Source: Candidatus Woesearchaeota archaeon
GTDB lineage: Archaea > Nanobdellota > Nanobdellia > Woesearchaeales > UBA11576
Length of the DNA stretch: 64,000 nucleotides
Direction: 5' to 3'
NCBI GenBank assembly: GCA_043819495.1
Contig: JBDRET010000047.1
Span: 20,065 to 84,064, forward strand
Under the pieces are notes generated by a model, which worked only from the letters and a program-made list of their open reading frames with translations, did not search any database and was not told where the DNA came from. Position numbers and translations under genes: made by a program. Below are positions 19,378-27,406 of the stretch, piece after piece. Numbering within the stretch: position 1 is the stretch's first letter; every line of letters begins with the position of its first letter.

Positions 19378-20385
19378 ATGGATATCCGTTATTCACGCCA
19401 GGAAGTTCTCTCTCTGATCGGGAAGGAGGGACAGGATAAGCTTTGCAAGAGCTCCGTGGTGGTAGTGGGTTGTGGCGCATTGGGTAGTGCAGCAGCTGAA
19501 CTCCTCGCAAGAGCAGGAGTGGGAAGCATCACGTTGATAGATCATGATGTGGTAGACCTGACAAACCTCCAGCGCCAATCACTCTATACTGAGGCAGACA
19601 TCTCAATGCCCAAGGCTTCTGCACTTAAGGCACATCTTGAAGAGATAAACAGTACCATCGCGATTACAGCACATGAGAAGCATCTTAACTTTGAGAACAT
19701 CGGGTCTCTCCTGAAAGGCGCACAACTGTTGCTTGACTGTACTGATAATATAGATACCCGCCTCCTGATCAATGAGTTCTGTGTCAAGAACAGGCTCCCC
19801 TGGATACATTCTGCAGCTATACAGGAAAAAGGGGTTGTCCTTGTCATGCTTCCAGGAGGTCCTTGCTTCAGATGCATATTCCCTAAGGTTGTGCAGGTAG
19901 GTTCTTGTGAAGAGCTGGGGATATTGAACTCTACCTCACACATCACAGCAGCGACACAAGTGGTAGAAGCAATCAAGATACTCACAGGCCATACGCCTGA
20001 TCCTGATATGATCCGTATCAATACTTGGACCCATGAGGTGGAGAAGTTCCAGGTCAAGCCGCTTTCTGGATGTCATGTCTGCAAAGAGCAATTCAAGCTA
20101 TTGGAAGGGGATCTTCCTGAATTTACGATAAACGAATGCAAGGCCAAGAAAGGTTTCTCTGTAAAGCCCAAGCGTAACCTCAAGATGGACCTTGAGGGCA
20201 TAAAGAAGAAGTTTGATGTCAAGATGGATGCGTCAATACTTCTGGTCATAGACTATGAAGGCGAGATAATAGTCCATGGTTTTGGTGAGCTTCTGTTCAA
20301 GGACCTGAAAGACAAGGAGCGCATCCAGCAGATTGCGGATGAGATATACAAGGCAGGTGGCGTGAAGTCAGGTGTTGTGAAGTGA
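19378..20385 (+). CDS. ThiF/MoeB/HesA-family E1-like adenylyltransferase with a C-terminal extension of about 100 aa
   Basis: 335 aa. VVGCGALGSAAAELLARAGVGSITLIDHDVVDLTNLQRQ. CFRC and CHVC pairs. Ends ...YKAGGVKSGVVK. Confidence 0.8.
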   Translation: MDIRYSRQEVLSLIGKEGQDKLCKSSVVVVGCGALGSAAAELLARAGVGSITLIDHDVVDLTNLQRQSLYTEADISMPKASALKAHLEEINSTIAITAHEKHLNFENIGSLLKGAQLLLDCTDNIDTRLLINEFCVKNRLPWIHSAAIQEKGVVLVMLPGGPCFRCIFPKVVQVGSCEELGILNSTSHITAATQVVEAIKILTGHTPDPDMIRINTWTHEVEKFQVKPLSGCHVCKEQFKLLEGDLPEFTINECKAKKGFSVKPKRNLKMDLEGIKKKFDVKMDASILLVIDYEGEIIVHGFGELLFKDLKDKERIQQIADEIYKAGGVKSGVVK

Positions 20386-21002
20386 AGAAGGGACTATCTC
20401 TCATATCTTCAGGTATAGATTCTCCTGTAGCTACATGGATGATCATAGAGAAAGGTATTGAAGTCATTGCAGTCCATTTCTCAAACGAGCCGCTTTCATT
20501 TGCGAGTCCTAGGGAAAAGGCGATAGAGCTCTCACAGAGACTGGGTGTGAAGAAAATATTCATCGTAAAGCACGGTTCCCTTGTGCAGGTTGAGCTTATG
20601 CGTAACTGTGATAACAAGGCCCGTTGTGTACTCTGCAGGAGGATGATGTTCCGCATCGCAGAGAAGATTGCGAAACAGGAAGGCTGCGACTTCCTTCTGA
20701 CTGGTGAGAATCTTGCTCAGGTAGCTTCGCAGACACTTGAGAATATGGCAGTCACAGATTCCGCTATCCGCATGCCTATAATCCGTCCGCTTCTCTGTAA
20801 TGATAAGCAGGAGACTATAGATCTTGCCAAGAAGATAGGGACTTACCAGATGTCCATTGAAGCCGCTTCCTGCTGCAATGCTGTCCCGAAGAATCCTGTG
20901 ACTAAATCTATCCGCAGGAAGATGGAAGCAGAGGAGAGCAGGATTGATGTTGAAAGGATTGTTGGAGAGGCAGTCGCTACAGCGGAAGTCATAGAATTAT
21001 GA
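20382..21002 (+). CDS. ThiI-like PP-loop ATP pyrophosphatase domain protein (no THUMP domain)
   Basis: 206 aa. SSGIDSPVATWM PP-loop (SGGxDS variant). GTGA start/stop overlap with the E1-like gene. Confidence 0.7.
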   Translation: MKKGLSLISSGIDSPVATWMIIEKGIEVIAVHFSNEPLSFASPREKAIELSQRLGVKKIFIVKHGSLVQVELMRNCDNKARCVLCRRMMFRIAEKIAKQEGCDFLLTGENLAQVASQTLENMAVTDSAIRMPIIRPLLCNDKQETIDLAKKIGTYQMSIEAASCCNAVPKNPVTKSIRRKMEAEESRIDVERIVGEAVATAEVIEL

Positions 21003-21033
21003 GCATTATTCTTATTCTCATTTGTATCGCTTG

Positions 21034-21145
21034 CAATGCGATTGACGCTGCCTAGCGAGCTTATTATGACCTGTTAGATGATGATTGCAGTAGGGCAAAA
21101 AGTAGCAGTATTTTCATCCATGCGAGCGCTGCGTCAATCGCCTTG
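21034..21145 (+). ncRNA. tRNA-like structured RNA, family copy B
   Basis: 11-bp closing helix GCGATTGACGC (21038-21048) / GCGTCAATCGC (21131-21141). Junction strands identical to copy A: CCTAGCGAGC (21051-21060), GCAGTAGGGC (21087-21096), ATGCGAGCG (21120-21128). CATTATTCTTATT lies about 25 nt upstream and an oligo-T tract follows. Confidence 0.55.
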
Positions 21146-21467
21146 ATGTCTTTTTTATCTTTTATCCTGCCTACCACAAAAACCCGAAAAGTCAAAAGCG
21201 TGCTTTTGACAACACAGTTCCACCGGCAAGTAAGATTGTCGTAATTATGCCGGGGGAAGTGTCTTTTTTAACTGCTATCCGAAAGTGAACGTTTTAAAAC
21301 CCCGTCTGAAATGCCTTGAAACTGCTGAATTCGAATACTTCAACCCATATGACTCCTGATGAAAAGCTTTATATACCAAAACTTTTTCTATCATAGTTAG
21401 CTATTTGTGGTTGTGGTTTTACAAAAGGCCTTTGATTTTTTTATTTTTTTTTATCTAGGTTTATACA

Positions 21468-22538
21468 ATGTTATCAAAAGAACAATACTCCAAAATTCTT
21501 GAAGAACTTGATGACTGTCAGCGACCGCTATACTTTTTCCATGATGATGCTGATGGGCTCTCATCTTTCCTGCTTTTGTATAGGTACAAGAACGAGGGGA
21601 AAGGTGTCTGCGTAAAGTCTCAGCCGAAAGTAGATAACAGGTTCTTCAATGTGGTGCGGGAGTATGCACCTGATAAGATATTCATACTTGATCTTGCTAT
21701 ACTTGATGAGGATTTTGCTGATGAGTTCCGTAACATACCTATAATATGGATTGACCATCATATGCCTATGAAGATACATGGGGTGAAGTACTTCAATCCG
21801 CGGGTGGAGAATATTGATGACAGCCCCTGCGCGTCATATCTATGTTATAATGTCATAAAGGATGCGCGGCCTGAGGATATATGGATTGCTGCGGCAGGTA
21901 CAGTGGGTGATTGGCAGCTGAATGAGGTCACCAGGCAGTTTGCAAAAGAGCATCCTGATCTTCTTCCCGAGTCTGTCACGCGGCCAGAGGTCGCTCTGTT
22001 TGATACTCCATTCTCTAAGCTTGTCAAGATATTCAATTTCATGCTTAAAGGTAAGACTCAGGAGGTCATGCGTAGTGTAAAGACACTTACGCGTGTAGAG
22101 TCTCCTTATGAATTGTTGAACAAAGATACGCCAAGGGCAAAGTTCATACTGAAGAGATATGATGAGATCAATGATCTCTATGAGGAGCTGCTTGAGTTTG
22201 CTGTCAAAAAAGTCTCAAAGAGCCAGTTGTTGATGGTGCAATACGCTGAGGTCAAGATGAGTTTCAGCAGCGAGCTCTCTAATGAGTTGTTATACAGGTA
22301 TCCTGATAAGATCATCCTTGTGGCCCGTGAGAAATCTGGTGAGATGAAATGTTCCCTGCGTACAAGCCCTGGCATAAATCTGCAGGAGGCATTGAAGAAA
22401 GCTCTTGAGGGTGTTGAAGGGTATGGCGGTGGCCATAAGTTTGCTTGCGGAGCCTGTGTAAAGGTAGATGATTTCGAGCAGTTTGTGGACCAGCTCAAGA
22501 AGGCAGTCAAGAAGCCTCAGAAGGTAGATTCTCAGTGA
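21468..22538 (+). CDS. DHH/DHHA1-family phosphoesterase (RecJ-like)
   Basis: 356 aa. HDDADGLSS (DHH motifs) and GGGHKFACG (DHHA1 GGGH motif). Confidence 0.75.
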   Translation: MLSKEQYSKILEELDDCQRPLYFFHDDADGLSSFLLLYRYKNEGKGVCVKSQPKVDNRFFNVVREYAPDKIFILDLAILDEDFADEFRNIPIIWIDHHMPMKIHGVKYFNPRVENIDDSPCASYLCYNVIKDARPEDIWIAAAGTVGDWQLNEVTRQFAKEHPDLLPESVTRPEVALFDTPFSKLVKIFNFMLKGKTQEVMRSVKTLTRVESPYELLNKDTPRAKFILKRYDEINDLYEELLEFAVKKVSKSQLLMVQYAEVKMSFSSELSNELLYRYPDKIILVAREKSGEMKCSLRTSPGINLQEALKKALEGVEGYGGGHKFACGACVKVDDFEQFVDQLKKAVKKPQKVDSQ

Positions 22539-22586
22539 AACACGTCACAAGTTTTATAAATCACTTATTTTCCCTTCTTTTTACCC

Positions 22587-22675
22587 GCGCTGGTAGTATA
22601 GGGGTAGTATCACGGCCTTCCAAGCGTTATGCGCGAAGTGAGCCGTTGGCCTGGGTTCAAATCCCAGCCAGCGCA
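22587..22675 (+). tRNA. tRNA-Gly(UCC) with an 18-nt canonical intron (22623-22640)
   Basis: Acceptor GCGCTGG/CCAGCGC, discriminator A. Anticodon stem ACGGC/GCCGT, loop CTTCCA..A. T-arm CTGGG TTCAAAT CCCAG. TTTTATAAAT lies about 30 nt upstream. Confidence 0.85.
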
Positions 22676-22896
22676 TACAGTTTTATTAGTGTTATAGAAT
22701 CTGGATGGGGCTAGCGCCTTTTTGGGGTAAGCGTGTCCCAGCCAGCGCATTATATAAAGACAAAATCCTGGACGAGCTTGCGAGTACAGATTTTGCCTTT
22801 TAGAATGCTTAAAAACGTCGATGAGCTCGCGAGTCGGCGTTTTTCTTGCATATTCACTTTTTTTCGAGAATCTTGCCTGGCTGCCCTGCCAGCGCA
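22663..22896 (+). repeat. Three direct copies of the tRNA-Gly 3' end: CCC(A/T)GCCAGCGCA
   Basis: Copies at 22663-22675 (in the tRNA), 22736-22748 (exact) and 22884-22896 (one mismatch). Confidence 0.8.
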
Positions 22897-22997
22897 TATT
22901 TTATATATTTTGTCATGTTTGTGCTAAAAATTGCATTTGATTAGTGCCTGCCTGAACGGCGGGCGAATTGAGTAGATAAACAACGTAGGAGCTGAAA

Positions 22998-23294
22998 ATG
23001 AGACAAGAGAATGATAGGGGCGGAAGCCGTGGTGGTTTTAACAAAGGAAGCAGCCGTGATGGTGGTGGCTTCAATAGAGGCGGCGATCGTGAAGGTGGCT
23101 TTAGAGGCGGAAGCCGTAGTGGCGGTGGCGGTGGCGGTTTCAACCGAGGAGGTTTTAACCAGGGTCCACGCGAGATGCATAAGGCAACCTGTGCAGAATG
23201 CAATAAAGAATGCGAAGTTCCATTCAAACCGACCGAAGGCAAACCAGTATATTGCAGGGACTGTTTCCAGAAACACAGACCTCAAAGGTTTTGA
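22998..23294 (+). CDS. RGG/Gly-Arg-rich protein with C-terminal CxxC...CxxC zinc ribbon (putative nucleic-acid binding)
   Basis: 98 aa. GGSRGGFNKG / GGFRGGSRSGGGGGGFNRGGFN repeats, then CAECNKECEVPFKPTEGKPVYCRDC. Confidence 0.65.
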   Translation: MRQENDRGGSRGGFNKGSSRDGGGFNRGGDREGGFRGGSRSGGGGGGFNRGGFNQGPREMHKATCAECNKECEVPFKPTEGKPVYCRDCFQKHRPQRF

Positions 23295-23441
23295 TGATTA
23301 CTGAATGATTCACTTTCTTAATTTTTTTATCATTTTTTTTTATGATATTTTCTTGGTGATTCTTACTGCCAAAGAGTATAGAGCTAAACAAATACCTTTT
23401 AACCAATAAACTTTATATACCTAGAACCCTGCATTTTCTCC

Positions 23442-24104
23442 ATGGCAAAGGCAGGTGAACCTAAGGATACTATGATGGTGATCTGTGCCCATCCTGATGA
23501 TGAGATAATCGGGGCAGGAGGCACGATTGCCCGTTACTCAAAAGAAGGCAAGAGAGTCATAGCAGTCATATTCTCTTATGGTGAGAATTCTCATTGGTGG
23601 CTTAAGAAAAGGTTCACGGTCGAGATGCGTGTCAAGGAGTCTCGTGCTGCAGGTGAGGTGGTAGGGACTTACAAGACCGTCTTCCTCGGACTCAAGGACT
23701 TTGAGCTCAAGGAGGAGATCAAGAAGAGGAAGAATCTTGTCATGCTTGAGCGGGTCATAGCTAAGTATGCTCCATCAAAGATACTTACGCATTCTCCGGA
23801 TGATATGATATACGCAGATCACAAGGCAGTATGGGAAGCGGTCGAGAAGGTCACTTCACGTATGAAGTACGAGGGTGACATATACACTTTCAACATCTGG
23901 GCAAAGGATGTGCGTTTCACCAGGAATCCTAAGCTGTTCATAGACATCTCAGATACCTTCTCACTCAAGTGGGATGCATTGAAGTGTTTCAGGAGCCAGC
24001 ACATGTACATATTCCAGCTATACCCTGGGATACTATGGAGGGCTTTCAAGAGCGGCATCGAACACAGGTGCCGTTTTGCAGAGGTCTTCACCAAGGTCAG
24101 ATGA
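23442..24104 (+). CDS. PIG-L/LmbE-family deacetylase
   Basis: 220 aa. VICAHPDDEIIGAGGTIA motif. Confidence 0.8.
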   Translation: MAKAGEPKDTMMVICAHPDDEIIGAGGTIARYSKEGKRVIAVIFSYGENSHWWLKKRFTVEMRVKESRAAGEVVGTYKTVFLGLKDFELKEEIKKRKNLVMLERVIAKYAPSKILTHSPDDMIYADHKAVWEAVEKVTSRMKYEGDIYTFNIWAKDVRFTRNPKLFIDISDTFSLKWDALKCFRSQHMYIFQLYPGILWRAFKSGIEHRCRFAEVFTKVR

Positions 24105-24107
24105 GGA

Positions 24108-25235
24108 TTGCAGATGGGACACGGTGATAAGAAGACATTGTTGATAGCGACGGATTCTTTCCTTCCGCGCTGGGATGGCATAGCCCGTTTTCTCAATGAG
24201 GTAGTGCCTCATCTCAAGGAGCATTTCGAGATAATAATCGCTGCGCCGAAGTTTGAGGGAGAGTATAAGGGCTTCCATGATGTTGTGGTCCTGAGATTTC
24301 CGGTATACAAGTGGAAGATTGCAGACTTTCATCCTGCCAAGTTCAAAAGGGCCAATATTGCGAAGCTTGTGAAACGTTCCGATATCATCTGGACACAGAG
24401 CATAGGTACGATAGGTTCTTTGGCCATGCACTACGCAAAGAAATACGATAAGCCGTTATTGGCATTTGTCCATTCTGTCGAATGGTTCCTTTTCTCGAAG
24501 TCACTCAAGCATTTCAAGCATTCAGTTGAGTTCACAATAAGGAAAGTGATACCGTTCTTATACAATAAATGTGATGTCATCATGATACCTTTTGAAGGTA
24601 TGGCTCCGATGTTGGAAGGCCAGTCTATAAACGTGAAGAAAGAGGTAGTCCATCTTGGGGTAGATGTAGACCGGTTCCATCCTCCTGAATCAAAGGCGCT
24701 TGCCAAGCAGAAGCTAGGTCTTAATCCTAATAATGTTGTCATAGGTTATCTCGGACGTTTCGGCAGGGAGAAGGACATCCCTACTTTGTATTCAGCATTC
24801 AGGAAGATACATTCTGAGAGGCCGAACACTACGCTCTTGCTTGTAGGTGGGACCATGGCTCCATTCTCTCATATGGAGGATGTCAAGGTTGTAGGGTCTG
24901 TGAACAGGCCTGTGCTATACTATCAGGCGATGGACATCTATGTCCTCCCTTCTCTTACAGAGACAACTTCCCTTACGACCATGGAGGCGATGTCCTGCGG
25001 TCTTCCTGTCGTGGTCACTCCAGTTGGATATCTGGATAAGTACGTCGAGAACAAGTTCAATGGTTTCACATTTCCTGTGCAGAATGTGGAGCGCCTTTCA
25101 CTGATACTTGACAAGCTTGTGAAAGACAAGGCACTCCGGAAAGATATCGGTGAGAATGCACGCATGACCATGATCCATAAGCATGCATGGAAGAAGACTG
25201 CTGATGAGATAAAGAGCATTCTTGATAGGTTCTAG
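24108..25235 (+). CDS. Glycosyltransferase, GT4 family
   Basis: 375 aa. C-terminal ...ETTSLTTMEAMSCGLPVVVTPVG motif. Confidence 0.8.
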   Translation: MQMGHGDKKTLLIATDSFLPRWDGIARFLNEVVPHLKEHFEIIIAAPKFEGEYKGFHDVVVLRFPVYKWKIADFHPAKFKRANIAKLVKRSDIIWTQSIGTIGSLAMHYAKKYDKPLLAFVHSVEWFLFSKSLKHFKHSVEFTIRKVIPFLYNKCDVIMIPFEGMAPMLEGQSINVKKEVVHLGVDVDRFHPPESKALAKQKLGLNPNNVVIGYLGRFGREKDIPTLYSAFRKIHSERPNTTLLLVGGTMAPFSHMEDVKVVGSVNRPVLYYQAMDIYVLPSLTETTSLTTMEAMSCGLPVVVTPVGYLDKYVENKFNGFTFPVQNVERLSLILDKLVKDKALRKDIGENARMTMIHKHAWKKTADEIKSILDRF

Positions 25236-27328
25236 AAATAACTTCCGCTGCAATCTCCAGCATCAAAGTCAGTCGCATCCATCTGGTTCTTGTTCCATCT
25301 GTCAAGCATGCTGTGAAGTGCACTAGTTTGGTATAGGCAGGTGCCATCCGTCCCTACCATCCCTGCTGCCATCTCCTTGGTCGACTTTATCTCTGCATCA
25401 AGCTGTGCCTGGGTGTATCCGTCATCAAGGAGCTGCTGTTTGAGCTCGTCAGTATATTCGATGGCAAATGCCTTGCTCTTTATGTAGAATACGCATCTTC
25501 CTGCATCAAGCCCTCGAAGCTCATAATGGTCTGTGTAGGTCTGTGTCGTGCCAAACATCTCTACAGTTGCGGTGAATTCAACCTCTGCAGGTGAGCAGTC
25601 AGATGATTTGCCTACAAAGCAGGACATATCCGTGCCGCAGTCTTCAAGATCTTCTGGAGGTGGTACAGAATCTCCACCCCTGACCTTGAACAGTTTCTGC
25701 AGTTTCTTCTGGTTGCCTGCTTTATCTTTGGCAAATATCGTGATGTGATAATAACCGTCAAGATAATATTCCTTTATCTCGCGGGTTACGCTATATATGT
25801 CATCACCGGCTTTCTTGTCGCCATCATTACCTTTGTCATTGAGGTCTCCTTTCTCTCCGTGTGTATTGGCAAGCTCAAGCACTTCGAACCAGACTCTTGC
25901 TATGTCTGCTTTCCCGTTCTTATCCGTGACCTTGGCTGCAATCAGTATCTCGCCACCTATGTCGACCTCTTCAGGTGTTATTATTATTTCAGCTATTTTA
26001 GGTGATTCTTGAGGTCCGGTTATCTCTCCTTCTGCAGGCTCTTCATCTGCGGTTCCACTTTCTTCTTCAGTGCTCTCTACAGCAGGTTCATCACAGTCAT
26101 CATCTGATGCGAAGATGCATCCACCAGGACAGTATCCATCTCCATCTGTGCATATCGTTATCAGCGCGTGTTCACAAGTTCTTGGGACACCTGTGCAGCG
26201 ATCATTGGTGGATAGCTCCCCATCCTCGCAGTCAGCATCCTTTTTGCATTCAGATTCGGCTGTGGATATACAGGAGCTCTTGTAGCATTCATGTCCTGGA
26301 AGGCAGCCGCAGTCATCACAGCAGTTGAGGAAACTCTCACCTGATACGCATTTGCCGTCACCGCATACCTTTGTTGCAGTGCTGCTGCGCGTACCTGTCC
26401 CTGTCGTGCTCTCTTCTGCAGGGAATGTTGAACTCTCGTATCCTGTCAGGCCCTTGTTGATGACGTATACTGCTTTTTGGGTCTCTCCAGCCTTAAGGTC
26501 ATTGAATGTGAACATCAGGACAGGGTCTTTTTCGATGAATACCCCTCCTTGTGTGAGTATGATGTCTGAGAACTCTGCCATGCTCTTAGGTATTGATTCT
26601 ATTATCTTGAGTACTGGAACATCCCTGGTAGGGGCAAACCTTATCTCTACAAGTGACTTCTTCTCGATACTGTCACCTATCACATCAAATACTGTCACCC
26701 TTTTCTGGAATCCTGTGACTGAGTCGCTGAATTGAAGATTGGACAGGAGAGGATTGCTCTTTGATTCCCTGAGGAACCTTCTTGCGATGTCTCCCTGTAT
26801 GGTCTCGCTTCTTGAGTATAACTGTTGCGATTCTTCTATGGTATGATCTCCAGGTCTTATTCCAAGATTATCATATAGGAATATGTCTATCTGTTCAGGG
26901 TTTTCTTTTTCGTCGCCTATGCCGAATACGAAGAAGATGACAAGAAGAGTGAGTACCAGTGCACCTATACTAAGTATCGGCAGGTGGAATCTTCTGGCAA
27001 GATGGTGCTCATCTGTCTTTGGGACCTGTTTATTTTTCTGCCTGTCAGATACATTATGTTCTGTCTCGACATACTTTACTGCAAAGTCTATTGTCTGCTG
27101 AGGGTATCCTTGATCAAGAAGTCCTTTCTTTATCTGTTCAAGGCCGTATCCCTGGTGCAGCTCATCTTCTATATATCCGATGACCTCTTCCTGGAAGTTG
27201 ACGCTTTTCTTCTGGCCTTCACCTGCTGGCTGTGCCTGCGTGTTATGCTCTTGTCCTTCTTCCGCTGCCTGTGTTTCAGGAGCCTGTTCTGCTGCTGTCG
27301 CTTCTTCAGGGATTTTACGTACCTCTTT
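25232..27328 (-). CDS. Large Cys-rich membrane-anchored surface protein with an interrupted or atypical 5' end
   Basis: ORF track gives 25232..26698 (GTG start). The same frame stays open upstream to 27328 and encodes a plausible cytoplasmic domain plus a TM helix (LPILSIGALVLTLLVIFFVFGIG). ATG 27352 is in frame but is followed by TAA at 27331-27329. Confidence 0.6.
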   Translation of the reverse strand, partial: KEVRKIPEEATAAEQAPETQAAEEGQEHNTQAQPAGEGQKKSVNFQEEVIGYIEDELHQGYGLEQIKKGLLDQGYPQQTIDFAVKYVETEHNVSDRQKNKQVPKTDEHHLARRFHLPILSIGALVLTLLVIFFVFGIGDEKENPEQIDIFLYDNLGIRPGDHTIEESQQLYSRSETIQGDIARRFLRESKSNPLLSNLQFSDSVTGFQKRVTVFDVIGDSIEKKSLVEIRFAPTRDVPVLKIIESIPKSMAEFSDIILTQGGVFIEKDPVLMFTFNDLKAGETQKAVYVINKGLTGYESSTFPAEESTTGTGTRSSTATKVCGDGKCVSGESFLNCCDDCGCLPGHECYKSSCISTAESECKKDADCEDGELSTNDRCTGVPRTCEHALITICTDGDGYCPGGCIFASDDDCDEPAVESTEEESGTADEEPAEGEITGPQESPKIAEIIITPEEVDIGGEILIAAKVTDKNGKADIARVWFEVLELANTHGEKGDLNDKGNDGDKKAGDDIYSVTREIKEYYLDGYYHITIFAKDKAGNQKKLQKLFKVRGGDSVPPPEDLEDCGTDMSCFVGKSSDCSPAEVEFTATVEMFGTTQTYTDHYELRGLDAGRCVFYIKSKAFAIEYTDELKQQLLDDGYTQAQLDAEIKSTKEMAAGMVGTDGTCLYQTSALHSMLDRWNKNQMDATDFDAGDCSGSYF

Positions 27329-27406
27329 TTAGCGATATCCTGTCTTCTTCATTTAAATAGTTTTGCTTGAGAATTATTGAAAAAAGAATGCAGAGATGCT
27401 ATGATA

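Noticed and set aside
22610-22927. ORFs 22610..22897 (-) and 22733..22927 (+) in the tRNA-Gly downstream region.
   Set aside because: They overlap the tRNA and the 3'-end repeats, and their composition is not protein-like. The region is better explained as repeat or att-scar DNA.
27329-27331. TAA reassignment (an alternative genetic code) to explain the in-frame stop.
   Set aside because: TAA terminates other well-supported genes in the window (for example tatD at 10321-10323 and the LAGLIDADG gene at 11618-11620). All long ORFs are consistent with the standard code.
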